A DNA stretch of 64,000 bases. Source: Nitrosopumilus sp. Its GTDB lineage: Archaea; Thermoproteota; Nitrososphaeria; Nitrososphaerales; Nitrosopumilaceae. Positions within the stretch are counted from its first letter, which is position 1. The number at the start of each line of letters is the position of its first letter. A program made the position numbers and the translations under genes. The DNA lies in NCBI GenBank assembly GCA_025699075.1, contig JAILWG010000002.1, positions 56,048 to 120,047 of the forward strand, written 5' to 3'. Under the pieces are notes generated by a model. The model saw nothing but the letters and a program-made list of their open reading frames with translations, did no database searches and was not told the origin of the DNA. This document shows positions 48,213 through 57,162 of the stretch, piece by piece.

Positions 48213-49136
48213 TTACAATAAAAGTAGTTTTTTGATTCCTACTTCTAATGAAATTTTAGGATTAAAATTTAATTCTTTTTTAGCTTTATCTATTGCCGCT
48301 ATACTGTGAACTATCTCACCTTCTCTCTTTTCTTTAAAAATAATTTTATTTTTTGAAGGTGAAATTTTAATCATTAAGTTTGCAAGATCAATTATTTTAC
48401 AAGGTTTACCATTTCCAATATTATATACTTCAAATTTTTTTTTGAAATTTTGATTAATTATATTTGTAATCAGTTCTACGAGATCATCGATGTAAATAAA
48501 ATCTCTTGTTTGATTCCCTTCTCCAAAAATTATTAATGATTCATTATTTTTTATTTTATCTATAAATTTTGAAATTACTCCTGCATATTCATCAGTTTGT
48601 CCTTTCCCGTAAACATTAAACAATCTTAATACAATTGAATTATTTTTGTCTGTTTTTGAACTTTTTTGAATGGATTCTTCCATTTTTATTTTACTTATTC
48701 CATAAGGGGAAATTGGTATAGTTTTGTCATTTTCTCTAAATTTGTGATTTGGATTGTCATTATTACCATAAACTGCAGCTGAAGATAAAGCAATAATTTT
48801 TTTAATACTGTTTTTTTTACAAGCTTTTAAAATATTTTCTGTCCCCTTTACATTTACTTCATATGTTTCATTAGGATTTTTTAAAGATTCAGTAACACTA
48901 ATTTTTGCTGCCAAATGAATTACTAAATCATGCCCAATTATAGATTTTGACAATTCTTCAAAATTTCTAATGTCTCCTTCAATTATTTGTAAATTCTTCT
49001 TTTGTTTTTTAATATTTTCAGTTTTAGATGAATTTGAAAAATTATCAAAAATTGTTACACTATGCCCAACTTGATTTAATTTTTTTATAAGATGGGTTCC
49101 AATAAAACCGCATCCACCACTTACAAAAATATTCAT
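48213..49136 (-). CDS. UDP-glucose 4-epimerase-like NAD-dependent epimerase
   Basis: GGCGFIG, HLAAKISV.ES, SSAAVYG, PYGISK, FNVYG, QTRDFIY. Confidence 0.9.
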   Translation of the reverse strand: MNIFVSGGCGFIGTHLIKKLNQVGHSVTIFDNFSNSSKTENIKKQKKNLQIIEGDIRNFEELSKSIIGHDLVIHLAAKISVTESLKNPNETYEVNVKGTENILKACKKNSIKKIIALSSAAVYGNNDNPNHKFRENDKTIPISPYGISKIKMEESIQKSSKTDKNNSIVLRLFNVYGKGQTDEYAGVISKFIDKIKNNESLIIFGEGNQTRDFIYIDDLVELITNIINQNFKKKFEVYNIGNGKPCKIIDLANLMIKISPSKNKIIFKEKREGEIVHSIAAIDKAKKELNFNPKISLEVGIKKLLLL

Positions 49137-49237
49137 TTTTAATTATTTTGGATTAATCTTATTTTAATTACTGTATTTTTAAATTACAAATATTCTATAA
49201 AATTATTATAAATATGGGTCATTTCTTCTTAGAATAA

Positions 49238-50296
49238 TTGACTAGTCCAGAAAATTCTTCTAATCTAAGAACCGTAGAATGGAAAGATAACAAAGTTGTA
49301 ATGATTGACCAAACCAAATTACCAAATGAACTAGTTTTTGTGGAATATGATGATTTTAACCAAATTGCAAATGCCATCAAAACTTTGATAGTTAGGGGTG
49401 CACCTGCAATTGGAGTATCTGGAGCATTTGGATTAGCATTAGCATCTTTACAAAGTAACGCCACAACAAAAGAAGAATTGCTCTCAGATTTAGAAGAAGC
49501 AAGAAAAATTTTATTTGCAACTAGACCAACTGCAGTAAATCTGGGTTGGGGATTAGAAAAAATTATGAATGTTGCAAAGACTGGAGAAACAGTCGAGCAA
49601 ATTAAAGAACTAGTAATTTCTACTGCTAAAAAAATGGCAGATGAAGATATTGAAATAAACAAAGCCATGGGAAAGAACGGTTCTGTTCTTTTTGATAATA
49701 ATGATACCATAATGACTCACTGTAATGCAGGCGCATTAGCAACTGTTGCATACGGAACAGCACTTGGTGTAATTAGAGCAACAAGAGAGAGTGGAAAAAA
49801 TGTCAAAGTTATAGCAACTGAAACTAGACCCATTCAACAAGGTTCAAGATTGACCGCATTTGAGTTAAAACACGATGGATTTGATGTTAGTTTGGTTCCT
49901 GATACTGCAGTAGGTTATTCCATGGCAAATGGTTTAGTGAATAAAGTTGTAGTAGGTGCTGATAGAATTGTAAAAACAGGCCATGTCTTTAACAAAATTG
50001 GAACATATCAAGTAGCAACAATGGCTAAACAACATGGAATCCCGTTTTATGTTGCAGCCCCATTATCCACAATTGATCTAAACACAAAGGCTGAAGATGT
50101 AATAATTGAAATGCGTAAAGGAACAGAAGTCACAGGAATTGGTGATAAAAAAACAGCACCTGACGATATCGGAGTGATAAATCCTGCATTTGATATGACT
50201 CCACCAGAACTAATTTCAGGAATTATTACCGAAAAAGGTGTGGCTACTGCACCCTATGAGGAATCTATTCCAAAATTATTTGAAGCTAATAATTAG
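49238..50296 (+). CDS. mtnA: S-methyl-5-thioribose-1-phosphate isomerase (eIF-2B alpha family)
   Basis: DQTKLP, VRGAPAIG, RPTAVNL, THCNAGALAT, ETRP..QG.RLT, NKIGTY, NPAFDMTP. Confidence 0.92.
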   Translation: MTSPENSSNLRTVEWKDNKVVMIDQTKLPNELVFVEYDDFNQIANAIKTLIVRGAPAIGVSGAFGLALASLQSNATTKEELLSDLEEARKILFATRPTAVNLGWGLEKIMNVAKTGETVEQIKELVISTAKKMADEDIEINKAMGKNGSVLFDNNDTIMTHCNAGALATVAYGTALGVIRATRESGKNVKVIATETRPIQQGSRLTAFELKHDGFDVSLVPDTAVGYSMANGLVNKVVVGADRIVKTGHVFNKIGTYQVATMAKQHGIPFYVAAPLSTIDLNTKAEDVIIEMRKGTEVTGIGDKKTAPDDIGVINPAFDMTPPELISGIITEKGVATAPYEESIPKLFEANN

Positions 50297-50332
50297 AAAG
50301 TTTTTATTGTTTTTCAAGCTGCCGTATACAAT

Positions 50333-50971
50333 ATGAGTACTGTTTCTCCACAGGCAATTGAGGAATCATTAAAGCAATGCATGGATCCTGAAGTTCCACT
50401 AAACATTGTAGAAATGGGATTAATCTATGGAATTGACGTTACTGAAAACAATGATGTAAACATCAAAATGACAATGACCACCCAAGGTTGTCCATTGCAT
50501 GAAACTCTAGTTGAAGATGCAACAAGATTTGCCAAAAAAGTACCGGGAGTAAACAACGTCAAGATTGACATTGTATGGGAGCCTGCATGGTCAATGGATA
50601 AAATGACTGAAGAAGGAAAATTAAAAATCAAAAACATGGGAGCTGCCATGAATACTCCTGCCCCAATAAATTATGAAACTGCATTACCTCAAGGAGTTGG
50701 AAAACTAGTACAACAAGAAGACGGTTCAATGGTTCTAGCAAATGAGCATGAACAAGGCTTTATGGTGAACCAAGCAATTGTTGACTTTTGGAAATCTTGT
50801 AATGGTCAACGCAAAGTCACAGATCTAGTTGAAGTGTTTGCCCAACAAACAGGACTACAAAGAAAACAAGTAGAAAAAGAAGTAATGCAGTTATTACAAC
50901 AATTGCGTGAAGGTGGATTGATTGCAATTGCAGGTCAGCAAGACACACCAAATGTTGAATTTAAAAAATAA
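50333..50971 (+). CDS. DUF59/SufT (FeS assembly) domain fused to a PqqD-like domain
   Basis: DPEVPLNIVEMGLIY, MTTQGCP, WEPAW. C-terminal VNQAIVDFWKSCNGQRKV...LQQLREGGLI winged helix. Confidence 0.8.
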   Translation: MSTVSPQAIEESLKQCMDPEVPLNIVEMGLIYGIDVTENNDVNIKMTMTTQGCPLHETLVEDATRFAKKVPGVNNVKIDIVWEPAWSMDKMTEEGKLKIKNMGAAMNTPAPINYETALPQGVGKLVQQEDGSMVLANEHEQGFMVNQAIVDFWKSCNGQRKVTDLVEVFAQQTGLQRKQVEKEVMQLLQQLREGGLIAIAGQQDTPNVEFKK

Positions 50972-50973
50972 CT

Positions 50974-51621
50974 CTAGAAAATATAGTTTGAATTTGCACC
51001 ATCAAAGTTTATTGTAACTCCTGATAGATATTTTATTTTATTTTGAATTATTGATTTTACAAAATTCCCAATCTCTTCAGGTTCCCCTAGTCTCTTCATA
51101 GGTAATGTCTTTTCAAATTCTTTAATATTTTCTATTAATTCTTGAGTTCTGTCTGTGTTTATTGGTCCTGGTGCAATATTGATACAACTGATGTTTTTTT
51201 CTGCATATTCTTTACTTAACACTTTGAAAATCTCTGCAAATGCAGCACGATATGCTGAAGAAATTATCAATTTTGAATTTGGTTCTTTGATTACACTAGA
51301 ACTGATCAAAAAGATGTATCCTCCATCATTAATTTTGATATTTTGCAAAATAGTCACAAATCCCAAAAATAATTGATTGTGATATAGTTTCCAGTCTTCT
51401 TCAGTAATTGTTGAAAATGGTTTAGGAGCAGGTCCTCCTGTGTTTAAAACAAGAATATCTGTTTGAATGTTTTTCTCTAAAAATTTTCTTACACTATCCA
51501 AATTTGATGTGTCGATATCATTTTTTGATGCAGCAAGAACATCAATATCTATTGATTTTAGAGAATCAGAAATTGCTTTGCCAATTCCACGTGATCCTCC
51601 AAGAACAATTGCACTAGTCAT
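50974..51621 (-). CDS. Short-chain dehydrogenase/reductase
   Basis: GGSRGIG, NTGGP, APGPINTDR, PMKRLGEPEE. Confidence 0.88.
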   Translation of the reverse strand: MTSAIVLGGSRGIGKAISDSLKSIDIDVLAASKNDIDTSNLDSVRKFLEKNIQTDILVLNTGGPAPKPFSTITEEDWKLYHNQLFLGFVTILQNIKINDGGYIFLISSSVIKEPNSKLIISSAYRAAFAEIFKVLSKEYAEKNISCINIAPGPINTDRTQELIENIKEFEKTLPMKRLGEPEEIGNFVKSIIQNKIKYLSGVTINFDGANSNYIF

Positions 51622-51667
51622 ATTATGTCTAAAAATTTGATAATTAAATTTCTTTAGAGCAAAAATT

Positions 51668-51682
51668 GATCCTCTGAGGATC
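51668..51682. promoter_or_regulatory. Perfect palindrome between divergent genes (candidate operator)
   Basis: GATCCTC-T-GAGGATC in an otherwise AT-rich intergenic region. Confidence 0.35.
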
Positions 51683-51761
51683 TTTTCTTATAACCATTAC
51701 TTTGCCTTGCTACTGATCTTTTCTGCCTGTTGGTTATATGTAATTTTGAGATTTTTCAATC

Positions 51762-53021
51762 ATGCAAAAACTCTCAGGACTATTCTTGTTTGCAGTACTA
51801 ATTTCAGGAATATTCTCTTCCAGTTCTGCATTTGCACAGATACCAACAGCTGTAGATGACTCTTACTCTGTAGATGAGGATTCTCTCCTAACTGTTTTTC
51901 CTGATGGAATCTTGTTTAATGATTCTGATGTAGGTAATGATTTCTTTTCAATAATTCTTACTAACACTGGGTTTGGAATACTTGCTTTGAACCAAAATGG
52001 AACTTTTACTTATCAACCAAATGAAAATTTCTCTTCAACTGATTCATTCACTTATGCCCTAAACAATGGAACTCATAACAGTAACAATGCTACAGTTACC
52101 ATTACTGTTAATCCCATTAACGATGCACCTGTTGCACTAGATGATCTAGCTGAAACTCAACAAAACGTCCCAATTCGTATTCATGTTCTTGAAAATGACT
52201 CTGATGTAGAAGATGATTCATTGAACATAATTCTAGAAGTTGATCCTTCCATAACAATGGGCAATGCTACATTGGATGGCTCTGACGTATTATTTACTCC
52301 ACAAGCAAACTTTGTAGGGAAAACAAGTTTTTCCTATAGGGCATCTGATGGTGATAAAACAAGCAATCTAGCCAACGTAACTATTACAATAAATCCAATT
52401 AATGATACACCTAATGCTATAGATGACACTGCAACAACACCAGAAAATACTCCAGTCATAATTCTAGTGTTAGATAATGATATTGATGATGATTCACTTA
52501 CCATTGATTCCATAACACAAGGAACTAACGGAACCGTTACAACAAACGGAACTATCATAACTTATACTCCGGATACAAACTTTAACGGAACTGATTCTTT
52601 TACCTATACAATATCTGATGGAGTAATTTCCAGTAATTTTGCAACAGTTACAGTAAATGTTACTGCAGTAAATGATGACACTGATGACGAAACAGACGAT
52701 GAAACCGATGATGATACTGATTCAACTGACAAGAAGGAACTCAAAAAACAGCTAAAGACACTAAAAGATGAATACAAAGCAAAAGAGAAGGAACTCAAAA
52801 AACAGCTAAAGACACTAAAAGATGAATACAAAGCAAAAGAGAAGGAACTCAAAAAACAGCTAAAGGAATTCAAGAAAGATAAGAAATCACACGATGACGA
52901 TGATGACAAAGAACATGATCATAAAGACAAAAAAGGAAAAGGACATGACAAACATGAAGACAAACAAAAAAGCAAAGGTCATGAAAAATATGACGATCAT
53001 GACGACAAAGATGACGATTAG
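51762..53021 (+). CDS. Secreted protein with three cadherin/Big_9 Ig-like repeats and a charged tail
   Basis: Signal peptide (..SSSAFA), three repeats P.A.DD...ND.D...YxP..NF.G.DSFTY...VTITV.P.ND, an acidic linker, a coiled repeat and a D/K/H-rich tail. Confidence 0.85.
   Translation: MQKLSGLFLFAVLISGIFSSSSAFAQIPTAVDDSYSVDEDSLLTVFPDGILFNDSDVGNDFFSIILTNTGFGILALNQNGTFTYQPNENFSSTDSFTYALNNGTHNSNNATVTITVNPINDAPVALDDLAETQQNVPIRIHVLENDSDVEDDSLNIILEVDPSITMGNATLDGSDVLFTPQANFVGKTSFSYRASDGDKTSNLANVTITINPINDTPNAIDDTATTPENTPVIILVLDNDIDDDSLTIDSITQGTNGTVTTNGTIITYTPDTNFNGTDSFTYTISDGVISSNFATVTVNVTAVNDDTDDETDDETDDDTDSTDKKELKKQLKTLKDEYKAKEKELKKQLKTLKDEYKAKEKELKKQLKEFKKDKKSHDDDDDKEHDHKDKKGKGHDKHEDKQKSKGHEKYDDHDDKDDD
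52732..52865 (+). repeat. Exact 54-bp tandem repeat (about 2.5 copies) encoding KELKKQLKTLKDEYKAKE
   Basis: Identical units start at 52732, 52786 and 52840 (partial). Confidence 0.95.
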
Positions 53022-53067
53022 TCTAACTCACGCCTAAATTTTGATTTAATTAGAATATTTTTACTAC

Positions 53068-53328
53068 TTAGATTTCTTTAATTTCAGTAATGGTTGCTAA
53101 TACAGAATCCATCTGAACAATCGCCTTTTTCTCATCCCATCCCAATGCAACATACCAATCACCCGCATCATCATGATATTTTGTCTCAAGTACCTTGATG
53201 TCTTCAGGCTTTACATCATATTTTTTTGCAATTCCTGAAATTCCTAATGCAATAGCATCCTTTTCTTTTTCTAGGCGTCTCTTCATTAATCCTATACCTG
53301 GACTCATGTTTTTCATATGATGTTTCAT
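53068..53328 (-). CDS. Hypothetical protein
   Basis: 86-aa ORF with core-like codon usage. Confidence 0.6.
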   Translation of the reverse strand: MKHHMKNMSPGIGLMKRRLEKEKDAIALGISGIAKKYDVKPEDIKVLETKYHDDAGDWYVALGWDEKKAIVQMDSVLATITEIKEI

Positions 53329-53426
53329 CTAATATAGTTAATTCAAAAAATTACTCATCATGTTTAATCTTCCCAATTGATAACATTGCAATATTTCAAA
53401 TACTCTAATAATACCAGAGAAACAAA

Positions 53427-54020
53427 ATGAAACTAATTCAAAGACTATCAAATTCAACTCTTGCAAAATCTAGTACACTTGTTTCGTTAGTCTCGATTTT
53501 GGCAGTCATTGGGCCTATCATTATAGTTTCAGCAGGATTTTGGGATGCTATATCTCACCTTCAAAAAGAGCCAGAGTTTTTCTGGAGTCCATCTCACATT
53601 GTAGTATACTTTGGAGTATCTATAACCACATGTGCTGCAATTATGGGAAGCATCTTAATTATTAGAAAATCAGTTAGAGGTTCTCTTAAAACTGGAATTA
53701 AGCTAGTCATTTTAGGTTCTGTATTACAAATTATCTCCGGTTTTGGTGATTCACTATCACATGACGTTTTTGGAATTGATGGATTAATCTCTTGGTCTCA
53801 TCAGCCCCTTGAATTAGGACTAGTACTTGCATCTCTAGGTGCCGTTATAATATTAAAAAACAGGGAACACACAAAACTCAAAACATTTCTTCCATTCTCT
53901 ATAGTTGCATTTTTATTTTTTACAACTTGGCTGATTTTTAATTTGGTTTTATTTTTTGGACATACTATCCAATGTATCCAAATCTATGAGATATTTTCTT
54001 CGGGTTGTTCTATACTGTAG
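53427..54020 (+). CDS. Membrane protein with His-containing helices
   Basis: About five TM segments with repeated motifs WDAISH...SPSH and DSLSH...SWSH. Confidence 0.7.
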   Translation: MKLIQRLSNSTLAKSSTLVSLVSILAVIGPIIIVSAGFWDAISHLQKEPEFFWSPSHIVVYFGVSITTCAAIMGSILIIRKSVRGSLKTGIKLVILGSVLQIISGFGDSLSHDVFGIDGLISWSHQPLELGLVLASLGAVIILKNREHTKLKTFLPFSIVAFLFFTTWLIFNLVLFFGHTIQCIQIYEIFSSGCSIL

Positions 54021-54475
54021 TTTTTTATTTTTATAAATGACATTACCATAATTGCAAGAGATCCTGCCAGAATCATTATTCCTGATGGCAACATTTTATG
54101 AGAATTTGTATTTCCAAATTCTATCTGCACATCAATTGAATTTTTTGCAATATTTGTAATTTTTATTGTATGTTTACCGTTTTCATCAAAATCAAAATAT
54201 CCTACTGACATCTTTGTTTGAACCATTTCTTCTGCAATTACATTTTCTTTGGGATCTAATATCTGAACAAATACCTCTTCTCCTGCAAATTCAGGCATGT
54301 ATAATTTGAAATATCCAATGTCTACACCAGAAAATTCTGATTCTGTTTGAAAAGAACTAGATTGTTCTAAAGAAACAGAGTCGTATTTTTTTTCAGTCTC
54401 ATCAAAAATAAATGCTGTCCAAATTATCCCTGTTATTACCAACACCAATCCAATTTTGAGCGCTGATATCTTCAA
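53984..54475 (-). CDS. Hypothetical membrane-anchored protein
   Basis: N- and C-terminal TM helices around a beta-rich domain. Confidence 0.65.
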   Translation of the reverse strand: MKISALKIGLVLVITGIIWTAFIFDETEKKYDSVSLEQSSSFQTESEFSGVDIGYFKLYMPEFAGEEVFVQILDPKENVIAEEMVQTKMSVGYFDFDENGKHTIKITNIAKNSIDVQIEFGNTNSHKMLPSGIMILAGSLAIMVMSFIKIKNYSIEQPEENIS

Positions 54476-54517
54476 TTCATCATGCTGAGAAATTATTTCG
54501 TTTATAAGATAATCTAA

Positions 54518-54592
54518 AGGGCTCGGAGGGCTTCGATCCCTCGACCTAGCGGTTCGAAGCCGCTCGCACTATCCAGACTGTGCAACGAGTCC
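54518..54592 (-). tRNA. tRNA-Arg (anticodon UCG)
   Basis: GGACTCG-TT-GCAC[AGTCTGGATA]GTGC-G-AGCGG[CTTCGAA]CCGCT-AGGTC-GAGGG[ATCGAAG]CCCTC-CGAGCCC-T cloverleaf. No encoded CCA. Confidence 0.88.
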
Positions 54593-54636
54593 AAACAAGT
54601 AAGATTTTAACAGGTGTAAATATCTGTCTAGATACT

Positions 54637-55821
54637 TTGAAGGTATCAAAAAAAGTGGTTGGAGTAGAATATGCAATTAGAGATATTGTTCTAGCTGCTA
54701 GAAAAGTAGAACAAAAAGGAATGCAAGTTGACTATCTCAATATTGGCGATCCTGTACAATTTGGCTTTCAACCTCCAAATAATGTAAAACAAGCTTTGAT
54801 TGATGCAATTAACAGAGGCGATAATTTCTATTCTACATCTGAAGGTCTTTTGGAATTAAGAGAGGAGATTGCAAAAAAAGAAAATGCCAAAGGGCTCTCT
54901 ATTGGAGCTGATGATATTCTAATCACTAATGGTGTTTCAGAAGGACTTGATATGGTAATCTCTTCAATTGTTGAAGAAGGCGATGAGGTGCTATTACCTG
55001 GTCCATACTATCCTCCATATGCCTCATACGTTAGATTGCACGGCGGAGTTCCTGTAGAGTTTGCAGTTGATTTGAACAACTCAACTCCTGATATTGATGA
55101 TATCAAATCAAAAATTACCTCAAAGACTGTGGCCATATGTCTGATAAGCCCTAATAATCCTACAGGTGTTGTATTTAATGAAAAAGCTCTCAAGGAACTA
55201 GTTGATCTAGCAAACCAACATAATCTCTACATAATTTGTGATGAGATTTATGATCAAATAGTCTTTGATGAAAAATTTATTGGGATTGGTAAAGTCGCAG
55301 GCGATTCACCTGTTATTGTTCTTAATGGATTCTCCAAAGTTCATCTAATGTCTGGCTGGAGAATTGGATACATTGCATTTAATCAATCACCTCAACTAGC
55401 TGAGTTACGCGAACATCTCCCAAAATTAGCTAGAGTACGAATTGCTACCAGTCTTCCAGTACAGTATGCAGCTTTGGAATCTTTGCGAGGACCACAAGAT
55501 TACATTAACACATTTGTCTCACAAATGAAAAAACATAGAGACTTTGTTATCAAAAGACTAAATGAAATGCCAGGATTGTCGTGTTCTACTCCAAAAGGTG
55601 CATTTTATGCATTTCCAAAAATTGAAGACAATAGATTTGGAACAGATAAGGAATTTGTTACAAAGTTATTAGAAGAAAAAGGAGTACTGACTGTTCACGG
55701 TTCTGGATTTGGAGAACAATATGGCAGTGGACACTTTCGACTTGTGTATCTTCCGGATCTCAAAATATTAGATTCAGCAATGAATAAAATCGAAGAATTT
55801 GTTAGTAATTCCAGACTGTAA
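54637..55821 (+). CDS. Class I/II PLP aminotransferase (alanine/aspartate aminotransferase-like)
   Basis: YAIR, LNIGDP, SPNNPTG, CDEIYD, GFSKVHLMSGWRIG. TTG start at 54637, since the longer track start overlaps the tRNA. Confidence 0.9.
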   Translation: MKVSKKVVGVEYAIRDIVLAARKVEQKGMQVDYLNIGDPVQFGFQPPNNVKQALIDAINRGDNFYSTSEGLLELREEIAKKENAKGLSIGADDILITNGVSEGLDMVISSIVEEGDEVLLPGPYYPPYASYVRLHGGVPVEFAVDLNNSTPDIDDIKSKITSKTVAICLISPNNPTGVVFNEKALKELVDLANQHNLYIICDEIYDQIVFDEKFIGIGKVAGDSPVIVLNGFSKVHLMSGWRIGYIAFNQSPQLAELREHLPKLARVRIATSLPVQYAALESLRGPQDYINTFVSQMKKHRDFVIKRLNEMPGLSCSTPKGAFYAFPKIEDNRFGTDKEFVTKLLEEKGVLTVHGSGFGEQYGSGHFRLVYLPDLKILDSAMNKIEEFVSNSRL

Positions 55822-56203
55822 CTTTATCAGGGATTATCTCAATAATGCAATCTGTATCATCTAGTAATTGTTTTGCGGATTTATTTTCTAATGTTTTAAA
55901 ATATCGCAAGAGAATTTTTTTTGCAATTAATTTTACTTTGGAATTTTCTAAAATTAGATTGGCATTGCCTTGCCCCATTACTCCGTAAATATTTGGAGCA
56001 TTAATTCCCACATCTACACAAAATGAGACTCTGTTGTTTCTTTTTAGATTTTTTATCTTTTGCCGGTTAGTGTTTGTTCCAATGTAAAATTTCTTAGAAC
56101 TGTAGATATACCATACAGGTGAAATATGTGGAGTCTTATTTTTCCCAACTGTTGCTAATCGTAAAATTTTTTGCTCCTTTAGAAATTCATCTCTTTTGTT
56201 CAT
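55802..56203 (-). CDS. Pyridoxamine 5'-phosphate oxidase-like (FMN/F420 split barrel) protein
   Basis: RLATV....PHISPVWY, K.KNL.RN.RVSFCVD. Confidence 0.8.
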   Translation of the reverse strand: MNKRDEFLKEQKILRLATVGKNKTPHISPVWYIYSSKKFYIGTNTNRQKIKNLKRNNRVSFCVDVGINAPNIYGVMGQGNANLILENSKVKLIAKKILLRYFKTLENKSAKQLLDDTDCIIEIIPDKVTVWNY

Positions 56204-56420
56204 GTTTTCTAAATCCCAATGCTACCATAAAAAGCCCAAAGCATATCATTGCTACAGAAACTTTTTCATTTGTAAATTCACCATTGAACAAAAAATCTTG
56301 AACAAAATCTATTCCCCATATCAATAATTGCTGAATGAGAACTATTCCACCCATTATACAAAAAAGCACACCTATGGCTGTAAACCAATTCCTGCCCCGT
56401 CTATAATACTCGTAACTCAT
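56187..56420 (-). CDS. Small two-helix membrane protein
   Basis: 77 aa with two hydrophobic segments, in an operon-like arrangement. Confidence 0.65.
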   Translation of the reverse strand: MSYEYYRRGRNWFTAIGVLFCIMGGIVLIQQLLIWGIDFVQDFLFNGEFTNEKVSVAMICFGLFMVALGFRKHEQKR

Positions 56421-56439
56421 GATAAATGAAAGAGTGTAT

Positions 56440-57111
56440 TTAGATAATTTTGATGCCTGGATTTTTTATCTTGTTTCTTATCATTGCATTAAGTAACAAT
56501 GGTGTAGACATTTCTGCAAGATATGATAATTCAATTGGTCCCAAGTAGATTGATCTTAGTCCTTTGATTTCATCAATTAATCTATTTACTACTGCAACTG
56601 ATTCCATATCATCTCCGCAAACAAAGATGTCGTAATCTAGTTCTAGAGTTGGATTGATTAGTTTTTTTTCAGAAATTACATGAAATGCTGAAACTAATTT
56701 TGATTTGTCTTTCATGTGTTCTAAAACTAGTTTGTATGAGAATGGTTTATTTTCTTTAATTGAAACACACTCAAACCCAACATCTGTTTTTGTCATTGGA
56801 ACAATTGGTGATACTACAACACAACTATCTTTGACTTGTGATAAAATTCCTGAACATACAGAATCAATATTCTCATATGGTATTGATAAAATCAAAACAT
56901 CACTTTCTTTTGCAACTGAGACATTATCGTTTCCAGTAATTGATCCTTTAATTTCTCCAAATGCTTCTTTTGCCAAGTTTGTATATTCTACAGCTGATTC
57001 AGATGCTCTTGCAGCATCTCTTGATCCAACAATTACGTCATTGTTTTGAGACCATCTTAAAGCAAATCCTTTGCCCATTCCACCAGTTCCGCCAATAATT
57101 CCCACTTTCAT
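56440..57111 (-). CDS. npdG: NADPH-dependent F420 reductase (F420H2:NADP+ oxidoreductase)
   Basis: IIGGTGGMGKGFALRW, VGSRD, VSAFH, DIFVCGD, G.RSI.LGP, TPLLLN. Confidence 0.85.
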   Translation of the reverse strand: MKVGIIGGTGGMGKGFALRWSQNNDVIVGSRDAARASESAVEYTNLAKEAFGEIKGSITGNDNVSVAKESDVLILSIPYENIDSVCSGILSQVKDSCVVVSPIVPMTKTDVGFECVSIKENKPFSYKLVLEHMKDKSKLVSAFHVISEKKLINPTLELDYDIFVCGDDMESVAVVNRLIDEIKGLRSIYLGPIELSYLAEMSTPLLLNAMIRNKIKNPGIKII

Positions 57112-57162
57112 GGTTATCTATCTGACAATGTTATTATTATCTCTATTTGAAAATCGATCAAA

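Larger units (their letters stand above)
4381..49136. other. Surface-glycan (S-layer/EPS/glycolipid) biosynthesis genomic island
   Basis: About 45 consecutive genes, mostly for NDP-sugar synthesis, modification and transfer. Visibly more AT-rich and K/N/I-rich than the flanks. Bounded by the core genes tes and mtnA. Confidence 0.85.

Noticed and set aside
4286-49237. Integrative element or prophage explanation for the island
   Set aside because: No integrase, transposase, viral gene, boundary tRNA or flanking direct repeat was seen.
52732-52865. CRISPR array
   Set aside because: These are head-to-tail in-frame coding repeats with no unique spacers and no cas genes. The same applies to 60698-60775.
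54580-54636. Track start of the aminotransferase
   Set aside because: It overlaps the 5' end of tRNA-Arg and the shared promoter region. TTG at 54637 fits better.
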